From Thermoflexia bacterium (GTDB lineage: Bacteria > Chloroflexota > Anaerolineae > B4-G1): a stretch of DNA of 64,000 bases. Of this stretch, positions 37,654-46,858 are shown one piece after another. Position 1 is the first letter of the stretch, and every line of letters begins with the position of its first letter. Under the pieces are notes generated by a model. It saw only the letters and a program-made list of their open reading frames with translations, was not told the origin of the DNA and did not search any database. The DNA is taken from NCBI GenBank assembly GCA_011192155.1, contig DUEK01000004.1, positions 1 through 64,000 of the forward strand. Direction: 5' to 3'. The position numbers and the translations under genes were made by a program.

Positions 37654-38540
37654 TTCTGTTTTCCTCGACGCGGCGACCAGCCCTTTTCCAGCAGATAGCA
37701 GCTTGTCCCTTTCTCAAACAACAGGTCAATGGCGGTGTATCCTGCGGCAAAGGCGGCCTCGAACAACTCTCGGGTGTGCGTCCGCCATGCGCGGGCCAGT
37801 TCCATATCGGCCGCTTTGACGGCCTGGAAGCGGGCCGGTATCTGGATGAGCAACCGCTCTCCCTCAATGGGATGGGCCTGGCAGGGCGGTTCGCCGGGGC
37901 GGGCGAGGTTCAGGATGGCGGCGCCCTCGACTTGCAGCGCGGCGAGCGAGTGGCCGGCCCAGTCATCGCGCAGCCGTTCGGTGACGCGCGCGCTGCTGAT
38001 ATGCCAATCCACCTGGAAGCGGTCGCTGGGCAGCCCGACGTTCAGTCCGCCGCGCATACTACCGTACAGGTTTCGCAGATAGGTGTTGCACGTCACGCCC
38101 AGTTTGTGAAAGTTGAGCCGCGCGTTCCGGCTTTCCAGCGGATCGAACGTCCAAGTAATCAGGTTTATTCCCTGGGCCAGCACGCGCTTGCGCTGGGCCA
38201 GCTTGAGGCGGTAGCCTACATTCTGGTTCTGGTACGCCGGCAACACTCCAACCATGTGGGAGCAGTGCTTTATTCTGCCATCATGCGTCAGGCCGACAAA
38301 GCCAAAGGCAAAGCCGACGAGCCGCTCTCCCTCTCCTTTTGAGGAGGATTCAAACGCGCCCAGCACCGCCCCGCCGTTCTTCTGAACGGTGAGCAGTACG
38401 TGGTCAGGTACAAAGTCTGCCGCGTTGTGCTGCCAAGCTTCCTGTTGGAGAGGGCCTAAAGCCCGGTACTCTTCGATGGTCTTGAGAGGGCGAATCTCGA
38501 TAGTCATTGGCCTGCTCCTCGACCGGTCATACCCAATCAT
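37650..38540 (-). CDS. GNAT-fold acyltransferase-like protein (paralog 2, tandem duplicate)
   Basis: 296 aa. Same architecture (IEIRPLKTIEEY..., FDPLESRNARLNFHKLG). 4-bp overlap with paralog 1. Confidence 0.5.
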   Translation of the reverse strand: MIGYDRSRSRPMTIEIRPLKTIEEYRALGPLQQEAWQHNAADFVPDHVLLTVQKNGGAVLGAFESSSKGEGERLVGFAFGFVGLTHDGRIKHCSHMVGVLPAYQNQNVGYRLKLAQRKRVLAQGINLITWTFDPLESRNARLNFHKLGVTCNTYLRNLYGSMRGGLNVGLPSDRFQVDWHISSARVTERLRDDWAGHSLAALQVEGAAILNLARPGEPPCQAHPIEGERLLIQIPARFQAVKAADMELARAWRTHTRELFEAAFAAGYTAIDLLFEKGTSCYLLEKGWSPRRGKQK

Positions 38541-39516
38541 CCAGCTCGCCCAAAGCGGCGGCGCCGCTGCTCGATGCAGGGTTAAAATGCCACCGCTCCA
38601 GCATCTCTTCCAGCCCCTGCGTCAAGCTGAATTGAGGCTGGAACCCCATCTCGATCAATTTTGACGAGTCCACCTCAAAGCTGATCTCTGTCAGAATATC
38701 TTGGTCTGTATACCACACTGGGGCGTTAGGCACAATGGCCTGCAAGGTGCGCGCGATGCGGTTGATAGAGGGGTTTACCACGACGGCGTTTATGATCTCT
38801 CCCTCGGTTCCAGAATCGGCCAGGCACAACCGCAGAACCGCCGAGGCGTCGCGCACGTGGATCAATGGTCGGAGCTGCTCGCCGCTGCCGTGGATGACCA
38901 TTGGCCGCCCGACGCCGGCCTGGTAAGCCAGACGGTTGGCTATGCCGTCGAACCGCATCGCGGGCGCGTTGCCAAAGACAGTGCCCAACCGTACGATTGT
39001 GTAGGGCGACCGTATCGCCTCTTCCTCGCCCTTTAGTTTCGAGATCGCATAAGGCCCGATGGGGCGGCGCGTATCCGCCTCTCGGAACGGGCCGCCCGGC
39101 CCATACACGCTGGCTGAGCTGACGTACAACAAACGGGGCACGTTTGCGCTCAGGGCGCAATCTACCACAGAGGCCGTGCCCCAATGGTTGACCTGCTCTG
39201 TCCATTCAGGATGATCAAAGTTGAGCGGCGTCTTGACAAGCGCGGCCAAATGGACGACTGTTTGGGCGCCGCGCATCGCTCGTCCCAGGTTGAGACGGTC
39301 CAGGATATCTCCCTCGATGAACTCGTACCGCCCACCGGTCGGCAGGTCCATCAGGCCGCAAAAGTGCTGGCGCTGCAAGTTATCGTATATTCGGATAGTG
39401 TAATCCGAAAAACGCGGATCTGACGCCATGTCGCGGACGAGTTGGGAGCCGATATAGCCCGCTCCGCCCGTCACCAGAATGACCGGCCTTTCATTTTGAC
39501 TTTGCTGGTTGATCAT
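38527..39516 (-). CDS. NAD-dependent epimerase/dehydratase (extended SDR)
   Basis: VTGGAGYIGS Rossmann, YxxxK (YAISK). Start MINQQ (second ATG; RBS GGAGGAA lies in the first). Confidence 0.8.
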   Translation of the reverse strand: MINQQSQNERPVILVTGGAGYIGSQLVRDMASDPRFSDYTIRIYDNLQRQHFCGLMDLPTGGRYEFIEGDILDRLNLGRAMRGAQTVVHLAALVKTPLNFDHPEWTEQVNHWGTASVVDCALSANVPRLLYVSSASVYGPGGPFREADTRRPIGPYAISKLKGEEEAIRSPYTIVRLGTVFGNAPAMRFDGIANRLAYQAGVGRPMVIHGSGEQLRPLIHVRDASAVLRLCLADSGTEGEIINAVVVNPSINRIARTLQAIVPNAPVWYTDQDILTEISFEVDSSKLIEMGFQPQFSLTQGLEEMLERWHFNPASSSGAAALGELDDWV

Positions 39517-39517
39517 T

Positions 39518-40267
39518 TCATTCCTCCACATTCACACTATTCAGGAACTCCAAGTTCCCCCATTCCGTGTGCAGGCCGCACTCGGTCTTCTCTGTACCCG
39601 CCCACCGCCCGGCACGCTCCTCCTCGCTGGTAGAGATCGGGCGCGTGCAAGGCGCGCAGCCAACGCTGAGATAGCCTGCGGGATACAGCGGATGGTATGG
39701 TAGCCGGTGGCGCTCAATGTACTCCCATACCTCTTGTTTTGTCCAGTTGAGCATAGGGTGGATTTTCAGCAAGCCCGTCGGTTGTAGTTCGAGCACGCGC
39801 AGGCTGCTTCTGTGTGTGGTCTGGTCGCGCCGCACGCCAGATACCCAGGCGCTCATCCCGACGAGCATCCGTTGCATCGGCTCGACCTTGTTGATGTAAC
39901 AGCACAGATCCGGGTCACGACGGTAGAGTCCCCCGCCGTACCTTTCCAGCAGTTGGCTCTTCCGAACAGCCGGGCGCACCACGACAATGTTCAGGCCGTA
40001 GCGCGCCTGCAGTTCGTCGCGGAAGGCCAGCGTCTCCAAAAAGTGAAAGCCAGTATCAATGAAAATCACCGGCATCTCGGGACACACCTGCGCTATGATG
40101 TGCAGCAACGGGACGCTCTGCGTCTGGAACGACGAACTCGCTATCGCTTTCGGTTTGAAGGTCTCCCAGGCCCAGGCCAGGATATCCCCGGGCGACCAGC
40201 GGTCGAGACGGTCGTTAAAGTGGGATATGTCCAGGCCCAGCCGGGTTGTTGCGCGATTTTGCGTCAT
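39518..40267 (-). CDS. cysH: phosphoadenosine phosphosulfate reductase-family protein (CysH-like)
   Basis: PP-loop-like SSFQTQS, C-terminal ECGLH motif characteristic of CysH. Start MTQNR inferred. The ORF-track extension would overlap the next gene. Confidence 0.65.
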   Translation of the reverse strand: MTQNRATTRLGLDISHFNDRLDRWSPGDILAWAWETFKPKAIASSSFQTQSVPLLHIIAQVCPEMPVIFIDTGFHFLETLAFRDELQARYGLNIVVVRPAVRKSQLLERYGGGLYRRDPDLCCYINKVEPMQRMLVGMSAWVSGVRRDQTTHRSSLRVLELQPTGLLKIHPMLNWTKQEVWEYIERHRLPYHPLYPAGYLSVGCAPCTRPISTSEEERAGRWAGTEKTECGLHTEWGNLEFLNSVNVEE

Positions 40268-40305
40268 TGTGTTGATTCCGGCCCGCCCCCACGCCGCTAG
40301 CGGTT

Positions 40306-40839
40306 CTATACCTGCCTGACTCTGATGTTCCCTACGAAGCAATTCACTTGCAACTGAATCTTGCGCTCGGCTGTCTCATAACCATCGCTGGCCAAGTGGA
40401 TGGGCGTCAGAAAGCTATCGCGCTTTTGGCCCAGCATCCTGGCATCGGTGAAGAACGACGTGGATGAAACGGACACCCCCACGCCCTGCGGCGCGAGCAG
40501 CCTCACACCGCCCACAAAGCCCAAGACGCGAATCTGCGTCTCGCCTGTGGGGATGTCTGCGCCGGTCATGTCCAGCCGCACGTCTCCTACGCCGATCCAG
40601 ATCTCCTCGTCGGCCACCTGCCAGTCCCCGTGGCGGCGAATGTCGCCCAGCAGCTTTAGCTGAACCGATTCGTCGGGGCCGATCAGTCGCGGGCGTAGCA
40701 GCAAAAAGACTCCCAGCAGGATCAGCCCAACCGGGAAGCAAAAGTCTCCCACGTCTACTTTGAATATGCTCCCGATCAGGAGCATCAGCCCAAGCAATGT
40801 GATCGTGCCGCCGATAAAGATTTGCCGTTTGTTGCTCAT
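40306..40839 (-). CDS. LiaF-like / DUF2154-type membrane protein
   Basis: Two N-terminal TM helices, then a beta-rich domain. No liaSR nearby. Confidence 0.45.
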   Translation of the reverse strand: MSNKRQIFIGGTITLLGLMLLIGSIFKVDVGDFCFPVGLILLGVFLLLRPRLIGPDESVQLKLLGDIRRHGDWQVADEEIWIGVGDVRLDMTGADIPTGETQIRVLGFVGGVRLLAPQGVGVSVSSTSFFTDARMLGQKRDSFLTPIHLASDGYETAERKIQLQVNCFVGNIRVRQV

Positions 40840-41010
40840 ATCTTTTTCCTCCTTTCGTCACTGTGAATTTACACTCTTGCAATTATACTCAGAATCATTG
40901 TTGAGTGCCAATTTGCGCAAGGAGGGTTTGATTTTCTACCCAGTCTGGCTATAATTTGGTCGAGACCACGGGGTAGACGGAAATCAACATCTGATAAACA
41001 CGGAGGAACA

Positions 41011-42048
41011 ATGTTGGAGAAAATGAGAAGCTGGCGACCGCCCGATCATTGGCTCAAGATCACGACCATTGATTGCCACACCGCAGGCGAGCCGTTCCGC
41101 GTCATTACCGGCGGTTATCCCGATCTGCCGGGCGATACTATCCTGGCCCGCCGCCGCTATGCACGCGAGCATCTGGATCACCTGCGCACCGCGCTGATGT
41201 GGGAGCCGCGCGGCCACGCCGATATGTACGGCTGCATCGTCACCCCGCCCGTCAGCCCAGAGGCCGATATCGGCGTGCTCTTTATGCACAACGAGGGGTA
41301 CAGCACCATGTGCGGGCACGGCATCATCGGCATCACCACGGTGGCGCTAGAGACCGGCCTGCTGCCAATGACCGCGCCAGAGACGGTGATCAAGATTGAC
41401 GCCCCGGCGGGGCTGATCACGGCTCACGCGCGGGTGGCCGAGGGGCGCGTGAGAAGCGTCTACTTTCACAACGTGCCCTCGTTTGTCCTGGACTTGGACC
41501 AGACGGTCGAGGTGGCGGGCCTAGGCGAGGTGCGCTACGACCTGGCCTTTGGCGGCGCGTTCTACGCTTACGTGCAGGCCGAGGAGGTCGGCCTGACCTG
41601 CGCGCCGGATAACTTTCGCGCCTTTATCGAAAAAGGGCTGGCCATCAAGCGGGCTATCGTGGCCAGCCGGCCCATCCCCCATCCTTTCGAGGAGGATTTG
41701 AGTTTTCTCTACGGCCCCATCTTTATCGGGCCGCCGATGGAGGCGGATTCGCACAGCCGCAACGTGTGCGTCTTTGCCGAGGGAGAGGTGGATCGCTGCC
41801 CGACCGGCACGGGCGTCAGCGGGCGGCTGGCGATTCATCACGCGCGGGGCGAGCTAGGCGTGGGTGAATCTATCGTCGTCGAAAGCATCATCGGCACGCG
41901 CTTTAGCGGCCGCGTCGTCGAGACCACCACCTTTGGCCCTCACCAGGCCATCATCCCAGAGGTGGAGGGCGCGGCCCACATCACCGGCCGCCACGAGTTC
42001 TTGATTGATCCCGACGACCCGCTCAAGGATGGGTTTATCCTGCGCTAA
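41011..42048 (+). CDS. proline racemase-family enzyme, Cys/Thr type (predicted trans-3-hydroxy-L-proline dehydratase)
   Basis: First catalytic motif STMCGHG retains Cys. Second motif DRCPTGTGVSG has Thr where racemases/epimerases have the second Cys. RBS ACGGAGGAACA. Confidence 0.7.
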   Translation: MLEKMRSWRPPDHWLKITTIDCHTAGEPFRVITGGYPDLPGDTILARRRYAREHLDHLRTALMWEPRGHADMYGCIVTPPVSPEADIGVLFMHNEGYSTMCGHGIIGITTVALETGLLPMTAPETVIKIDAPAGLITAHARVAEGRVRSVYFHNVPSFVLDLDQTVEVAGLGEVRYDLAFGGAFYAYVQAEEVGLTCAPDNFRAFIEKGLAIKRAIVASRPIPHPFEEDLSFLYGPIFIGPPMEADSHSRNVCVFAEGEVDRCPTGTGVSGRLAIHHARGELGVGESIVVESIIGTRFSGRVVETTTFGPHQAIIPEVEGAAHITGRHEFLIDPDDPLKDGFILR

Positions 42049-42079
42049 AGTTGCAACGTCGTTGCTGTGATGGCAGTGG

Positions 42080-42802
42080 TCAGACGTCTTTGCTCTGCCA
42101 TATCAATCGTTCAATGAGGTTTACGATCCAGCTCTCCAGCCGGGCCTGGTAGCGCCAAAAGAGCCAGGCCAGCGCAGCCGCGCCCCCGCCCAACGGGATC
42201 CACGCCCACACCGGCAATTGCGCTGCGCGCGCGCCTACCCAGCAGGAGACGAACACCCCCGGCAGCCGCCCAAATGTAGCCAGCACGAGCATGGAGGGAA
42301 TCGAAAGGGGGCTGAGGCCGATCAGGAAACAAGCGACGTCGTCGGGAACAAAGGGGAACAGAAAAACGAGAAAGAAAAAGAGCGGCCCTCGGCGGCCGGC
42401 GAGCCTGTCCCAGCGGGCCAACGTTTCCCCGCTCACCAGCCACTCGACCACCGGCCGCCCAAGCCAGCGGGCCAGCCCCATCGCCAGGGCCGTCCCCAGC
42501 AGCAGGCCGGCCATGCTGTAGAGCGTGCCCAGCCAAAGGCCGTAGAGGTAGCCGTTCAGCAGGCCCACGAACTGGCCCGGAAGCGGGGCCAGCAACACCT
42601 GCGCCACGTTGAGCGCGACGCTGACCAGCGGCCCCCAGGGGCCAAATCCGGCCACCCACTCCCGCGCGCGCTCCGCATCGGAAAAGAAGGCGAATAGCGG
42701 TTCGCGCCAGACCCACAATGCGCCACCAATGGCAACGATCAACCCGGCGAGCAACGCGGCCCGCGCCCAGGCTAAATTGTCACCGCGCTGCTTGTCCCGC
42801 AT
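42080..42802 (-). CDS. TVP38/TMEM64 (DedA-related) family membrane protein
   Basis: Motif FVPDDVACFLIGLSPLS and 5-6 TM helices. Confidence 0.75.
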   Translation of the reverse strand: MRDKQRGDNLAWARAALLAGLIVAIGGALWVWREPLFAFFSDAERAREWVAGFGPWGPLVSVALNVAQVLLAPLPGQFVGLLNGYLYGLWLGTLYSMAGLLLGTALAMGLARWLGRPVVEWLVSGETLARWDRLAGRRGPLFFFLVFLFPFVPDDVACFLIGLSPLSIPSMLVLATFGRLPGVFVSCWVGARAAQLPVWAWIPLGGGAAALAWLFWRYQARLESWIVNLIERLIWQSKDV

Positions 42803-42804
42803 GG

Positions 42805-44133
42805 CTAACTCTCACTTTGAGCCGGTTTCAGCTTCAGAGTGAACAAGAACCCAAGCGCCACGATCGCGGCCGTTGCGCCAAAGAGCGCGGTGTAAGAGGT
42901 CGTTTCTAGCAGCCAGCCCCCCGCCATCGGCGCCAGGGTCAACGCGCCCATTAGTGTGTTGCCCAGGCCGACATAGGCCGGGCGCATCCCGTCCGGCGCG
43001 ATTTCCAGCAGATAGTTGAAAAAGCCCAGCATCCACGCGCTGTTCACGATCCCCAGCGCCACATAGACCAGGGGATAGGCCCAAGCCAGCCAATCGCCGC
43101 CTGCCAGGTGAACGGACAGCGCAAAGAGTGGCCCGGCCGCCGCCGCCGCACTACCGATGCGAATCACATAGCGCGGCCCCCAGCGCTCGCTGACCCAGCC
43201 CAACACGATGCTGGTGACTATGCGCGTCAGCGTCTGGGCTACCACAAAGTCGCCAATGATGCTTGGCGGCAGATGCAGCACATCGGCGGCGTGGCCCACG
43301 TAGAATGAAGTCGCCAATCCCATCATGCCCACTAATATGCGGCAGATCATCAAGTTACGAAAGGCCCGGTCGCTGACCAAGAGTTTCCACCAGTTCTCTT
43401 GAGTCTGGTTGCTCGTTTCCTGGCTCACGTCGTTGGGCGGAGGTTCCCGCAGGAGAATCAGTGCGATTGCCGATGGGACGAGCGCCACGCTTGCCAGCGT
43501 AAAGAGCATGGCATAGTTGCTGGGGAAAGGGCGGTGGGCCAAGATCAAGCCCACCAACGCCCCCGCTCCGATGCCCGCCACACCGATGATGAACTGCGCC
43601 GTCCCCATCAGTCGCCCGCGCTGTTTCAACGGAATGGCTCGCGCCAGGATGTCGAACCAGGCCACGCTGGTAAAGCCGTCGGCGGCGGCAAAGAGGCCGA
43701 GGCAGATGAAAAACAGAGCCAGCATAGAGATAGGATAGCGGGGCAGCGCGGTCCACAGCGCGGCCGCTATCATGCCGAGAAAGACCCGCCCGCCCAGCCC
43801 GGCCAGCAGGTACGGTTTCTTGCGCGGTTTGTTGTTGATGTAGCGCGCGGTCGCCAATTGGGGCAGCAGCCAGGCGCCCGTAAAGATTGTGTTGACCAGC
43901 CCAATGATGGGGGCCGAATCGGTCAGTTGGCCAACGAGCGCGGGCATCACTGTACTGACGTCTATGAAAGTAAAGGCCAGCCCGAAGGAGGCATAGTCTA
44001 CCAAGAAGGCGTAAAAGTTCCAGCGATAATGAGGGGACGGCGCGCCGGGCAGTTTGCTCACAGAGTCTCTTCGGAGATGATCAAATCGGCCGTCGCGACG
44101 TTGGTTGCGATGGGTACATCGTGGACGTTGCAA
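42805..44133 (-). CDS. MFS transporter
   Basis: 12-TM MFS with loop 2-3 motif. Possible alternative GTG start at 44061 overlapping the mgsA stop (GTGA). Confidence 0.8.
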   Translation of the reverse strand: MQRPRCTHRNQRRDGRFDHLRRDSVSKLPGAPSPHYRWNFYAFLVDYASFGLAFTFIDVSTVMPALVGQLTDSAPIIGLVNTIFTGAWLLPQLATARYINNKPRKKPYLLAGLGGRVFLGMIAAALWTALPRYPISMLALFFICLGLFAAADGFTSVAWFDILARAIPLKQRGRLMGTAQFIIGVAGIGAGALVGLILAHRPFPSNYAMLFTLASVALVPSAIALILLREPPPNDVSQETSNQTQENWWKLLVSDRAFRNLMICRILVGMMGLATSFYVGHAADVLHLPPSIIGDFVVAQTLTRIVTSIVLGWVSERWGPRYVIRIGSAAAAAGPLFALSVHLAGGDWLAWAYPLVYVALGIVNSAWMLGFFNYLLEIAPDGMRPAYVGLGNTLMGALTLAPMAGGWLLETTSYTALFGATAAIVALGFLFTLKLKPAQSES

Positions 44134-44459
44134 GCGCGCAGCAGTGTCTGAATGTCTGGGTCGTGGGGGTGCTTGTCGAGTGGGTCAACAAAGAAGAACA
44201 CGGCGTCCACCTCGCCCTGGGCCACGAGGGCCGCGATCTGCGCGTCCCCGCCCAAAGGCCCCGAGAGCAAACACTCGACTTCAAGCCCTACTTTTTCTGC
44301 CAGCAAGTGCCCGGTTGTGCCCGTGGCGACGAGATTGAAATTTGCCAGTTTTTCCCGGTTGAACGTAGCAAAGGCAACCATGTCAGCTTTCTTGCCATCG
44401 TGCGCAACTATGGCAATAGTCTTATCTAACGTTTTACCCGGCCTATCATTATTCTGCAT
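44058..44459 (-). CDS. mgsA: methylglyoxal synthase
   Basis: IAIVAHDGKKADMVAF, HDVPIATNVATAD motifs. Start MQNNDRP with RBS GGGAGGAAAAAT. Confidence 0.85.
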   Translation of the reverse strand: MQNNDRPGKTLDKTIAIVAHDGKKADMVAFATFNREKLANFNLVATGTTGHLLAEKVGLEVECLLSGPLGGDAQIAALVAQGEVDAVFFFVDPLDKHPHDPDIQTLLRACNVHDVPIATNVATADLIISEETL

Positions 44460-44778
44460 AATTTTTCCTCCCATGGCGTCCAAATGACGTTCAAGAGTGT
44501 GCTTTACTACCGGACATTTTTTCAGATGTGTCAAAAACAGTTACACAGAGAAGGCACAGAGATTCACTGAGACATTGAAAATTAGACAAAGCGCTGTTCC
44601 ATACTCAGCAGATCCAAATTTCAGACCTCGGAGGTCTCGGAAGGTGACATTGGCAGTAAAATTGCTTAGATTGCGCCCGTAAATTCTCCGTGAATCTCTG
44701 TAATCATACACTTGGCAAAAGTGTCTGGTGGCAAAGAGTGTACCACGAAGTAGTATGCCGTCAAGCTAATCTTGTTGG

Positions 44779-44821
44779 ACAAAAACAAAGCCGGCGAGAC
44801 CTATGCGGCCTCCCCGGCTTT
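44779..44821 (-). terminator. rho-independent terminator of the sigma/anti-sigma operon
   Basis: On minus strand, stem AAAGCCGGGGAGG...CCGGCTTT followed by GTTTTTGT. Preceded by a second perfect hairpin GGGCAAATTGCCAATTTGCCC at 44826..44846. Confidence 0.5.
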
Positions 44822-44848
44822 TCAAGCGGGGCAAATTGGCAATTTGCC

Positions 44849-45901
44849 CTACGTGTTGATGTTGGGAGTTTCGGGCGATTCGACCGGCGGTGGCACCGGC
44901 GCGGGCGGCGTGTGAGCTATGGCGCCAAAGCGAGTTAGCGCCACAGCGCCCAGTCCCAGGCAGCCCAGGACGAGGGTCAAGAGTACCCCCAACACACCCA
45001 GGCAAGGGAGCACGCCTAGCCCGGTCGTCACTAGCGTGATGAGCAATGTTCCCAGTCCGGCGGCCCACAGCGGCGCGACCGCGCGGACATTGAGCGCCTG
45101 CATCAGCCGCTGGCCCACCAGAGCGCCAACGCCGATCCAGCCGAACAGCCCGGCCACGCCCAGGGCAAGCGCGACCAGCATCGCGATTGGCGAGAGACAG
45201 ATCGTGACCAGCAATGCAATGGCGAGCGCCACGGCTGCAAAAGCGGTCAGCAACCCTATCCCCAAGCTGGCCCCCGGCGACTCGACCACAGTCCGCCCGA
45301 CCCGCATTACCTGCTGCGGCCAGATCAGCGCCGCCAACCCGGCCACCGCAGAGATCACCAGCACCGAGGCCACACCTCGTATCACATTGAGCGCCCAGGT
45401 AACGGCCTGTCCTGCGCCAGAGATCGAAAAAGTAGGTGGAGAGGGAAGTACGGGGACAGGGATGCCGTACCAGTGTTCAGAGGGGAATTCGCCCAAAGGG
45501 ACGCCCTCAATGATTCCTCCATCCACCTGCGCTCCATCCTCTTGATCGAGGTCGCAGTTCCAACTGCATACTACGTTTCCGCCCACTTGTGCGCTATCGC
45601 CCAGGTAGATGTCACCGCCAGAGACGACCAGTTCTCCCTTAATGTCGCCCTGCGCCTCAACATTGCCGTTCCAGACAATGACAGAGCCGGCGACGCGGCT
45701 GCCGGGTTTCAGAGTCACGTCACCATCAAAGACGACCAGGTCGCCGTCCAGCCGCTCATCCTCTTCCAATGCATAGTCCTCGCCCCAGATAGTGATGCCG
45801 CCGTCGCCGGGCGGGCTGCCATCCGCTAGCGCTGGCGCGATTGGAAAGTACAACCCCAATGCCAGTAGTGCGATCAACCACATGATCCATCGTTTATACA
45901 T
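44849..45901 (-). CDS. membrane protein with bactofilin-like (DUF583 beta-helix) N-terminal domain and multi-TM C-terminal domain
   Basis: Repeats GDVTLKPGSRVAGSVIVWNGNVEAQGDIKGELVVSGGDIYLGDSAQVGGNVV, then Ala/Leu/Gly-rich TM region. RBS GGAGGAAAAT. Confidence 0.5.
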   Translation of the reverse strand: MYKRWIMWLIALLALGLYFPIAPALADGSPPGDGGITIWGEDYALEEDERLDGDLVVFDGDVTLKPGSRVAGSVIVWNGNVEAQGDIKGELVVSGGDIYLGDSAQVGGNVVCSWNCDLDQEDGAQVDGGIIEGVPLGEFPSEHWYGIPVPVLPSPPTFSISGAGQAVTWALNVIRGVASVLVISAVAGLAALIWPQQVMRVGRTVVESPGASLGIGLLTAFAAVALAIALLVTICLSPIAMLVALALGVAGLFGWIGVGALVGQRLMQALNVRAVAPLWAAGLGTLLITLVTTGLGVLPCLGVLGVLLTLVLGCLGLGAVALTRFGAIAHTPPAPVPPPVESPETPNINT

Positions 45902-45915
45902 AATTTTCCTCCATA

Positions 45916-45947
45916 GACCTTGAGGGTTTCAGAAAACTCTCAAGGTC
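45916..45947. repeat. REP-like hairpin, family B (GACCTTGAGGGTTT-CAGA-AAACTCTCAAGGTC)
   Basis: Intercistronic, between the DUF4097-like stop and the bactofilin-like RBS. 30/32 identical to the copy at 33568. Confidence 0.55.
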
Positions 45948-45948
45948 T

Positions 45949-46836
45949 TTAATCAGAGATTTCTATCAGATGCAGCGTGCCTACGCCTGTTGTAACCTCG
46001 ATGCGCAGTTCTACCTCCGCTTCGCCAAAGGCGGCGTTGACGTAGGTATCACCATCGCGCTCCAGGCCCGACGCATTCACGTTAGAGAGTCCTCCCTCCA
46101 CGTCAACCTGCACGCCCACGTCGTCAGGCAGCCGCAAGGTGAGAGCGCCGACGCCGGCCGTGACGCGCACGTCGGCCGAGCGAGACCAATCTCCGGTCAG
46201 GTCCAAGTCGATGTTGCCCACGCCGCCCTGCACCTTTATCATCTCTGGGCTGGCATTGCCGATTCCGACCACTTCCAATCTCGAGGCTCCGGCATCCAGT
46301 GTGAGATCGCCCATCTCGGCCCCGTTCGGCTCACCGAATTGCACCGAGAAATCGCCTGCGCCCAGGTCCAGGTCTAGTTTCACGAGTTGCAAGCCTGTAA
46401 GGTCCAGGTTGCCCTTGCCCGCGCCGACTTGGAGGTTCACATCGAGCGGTATTTCGGGCGAGAATTCCAACTCCCACTCATTGCGAGTGTTTCCGGTGGG
46501 AAAGCCCCACTCTTCGTCGGCGCCGCCCTGCTCAATGGTTAGTACGTGGGCCGCATAGGTCACTTCCGGCTCCCATTGTTCGACGTTGTAGCGAAAGTGC
46601 CCAGAGAAGAGTTGATCGGAAGCACCGGCCTCGATCTCTAGATCTCCCGCGCCAAAAGCAAGCTCTACGGCAACCGGCTCGTCATCCTCGAGGGGGATCG
46701 CCTCCCGTTTGTCCTGCATCTCGCCGACTTGGATTGTTGGCACTTTGATGTCTGGTACCTGCGGCGGCTCATCGCACGCAATTTGGCTGCCCAGCAACAA
46801 GAGCAGCGCCAGTATGATTGTGATATACTTTTTCAT
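45949..46836 (-). CDS. lipoprotein with DUF4097/toast-rack-like beta-repeat domain (LiaG-like putative adhesin)
   Basis: Lipobox GSQIAC. Repeated G-x-G-x-L/D beta-strands (VGAGKGNLDLTGLQLVKLDLDLGAGDFSV...). Confidence 0.5.
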   Translation of the reverse strand: MKKYITIILALLLLLGSQIACDEPPQVPDIKVPTIQVGEMQDKREAIPLEDDEPVAVELAFGAGDLEIEAGASDQLFSGHFRYNVEQWEPEVTYAAHVLTIEQGGADEEWGFPTGNTRNEWELEFSPEIPLDVNLQVGAGKGNLDLTGLQLVKLDLDLGAGDFSVQFGEPNGAEMGDLTLDAGASRLEVVGIGNASPEMIKVQGGVGNIDLDLTGDWSRSADVRVTAGVGALTLRLPDDVGVQVDVEGGLSNVNASGLERDGDTYVNAAFGEAEVELRIEVTTGVGTLHLIEISD

Positions 46837-46858
46837 TTTATGTACTCCCTTTGGTGAT

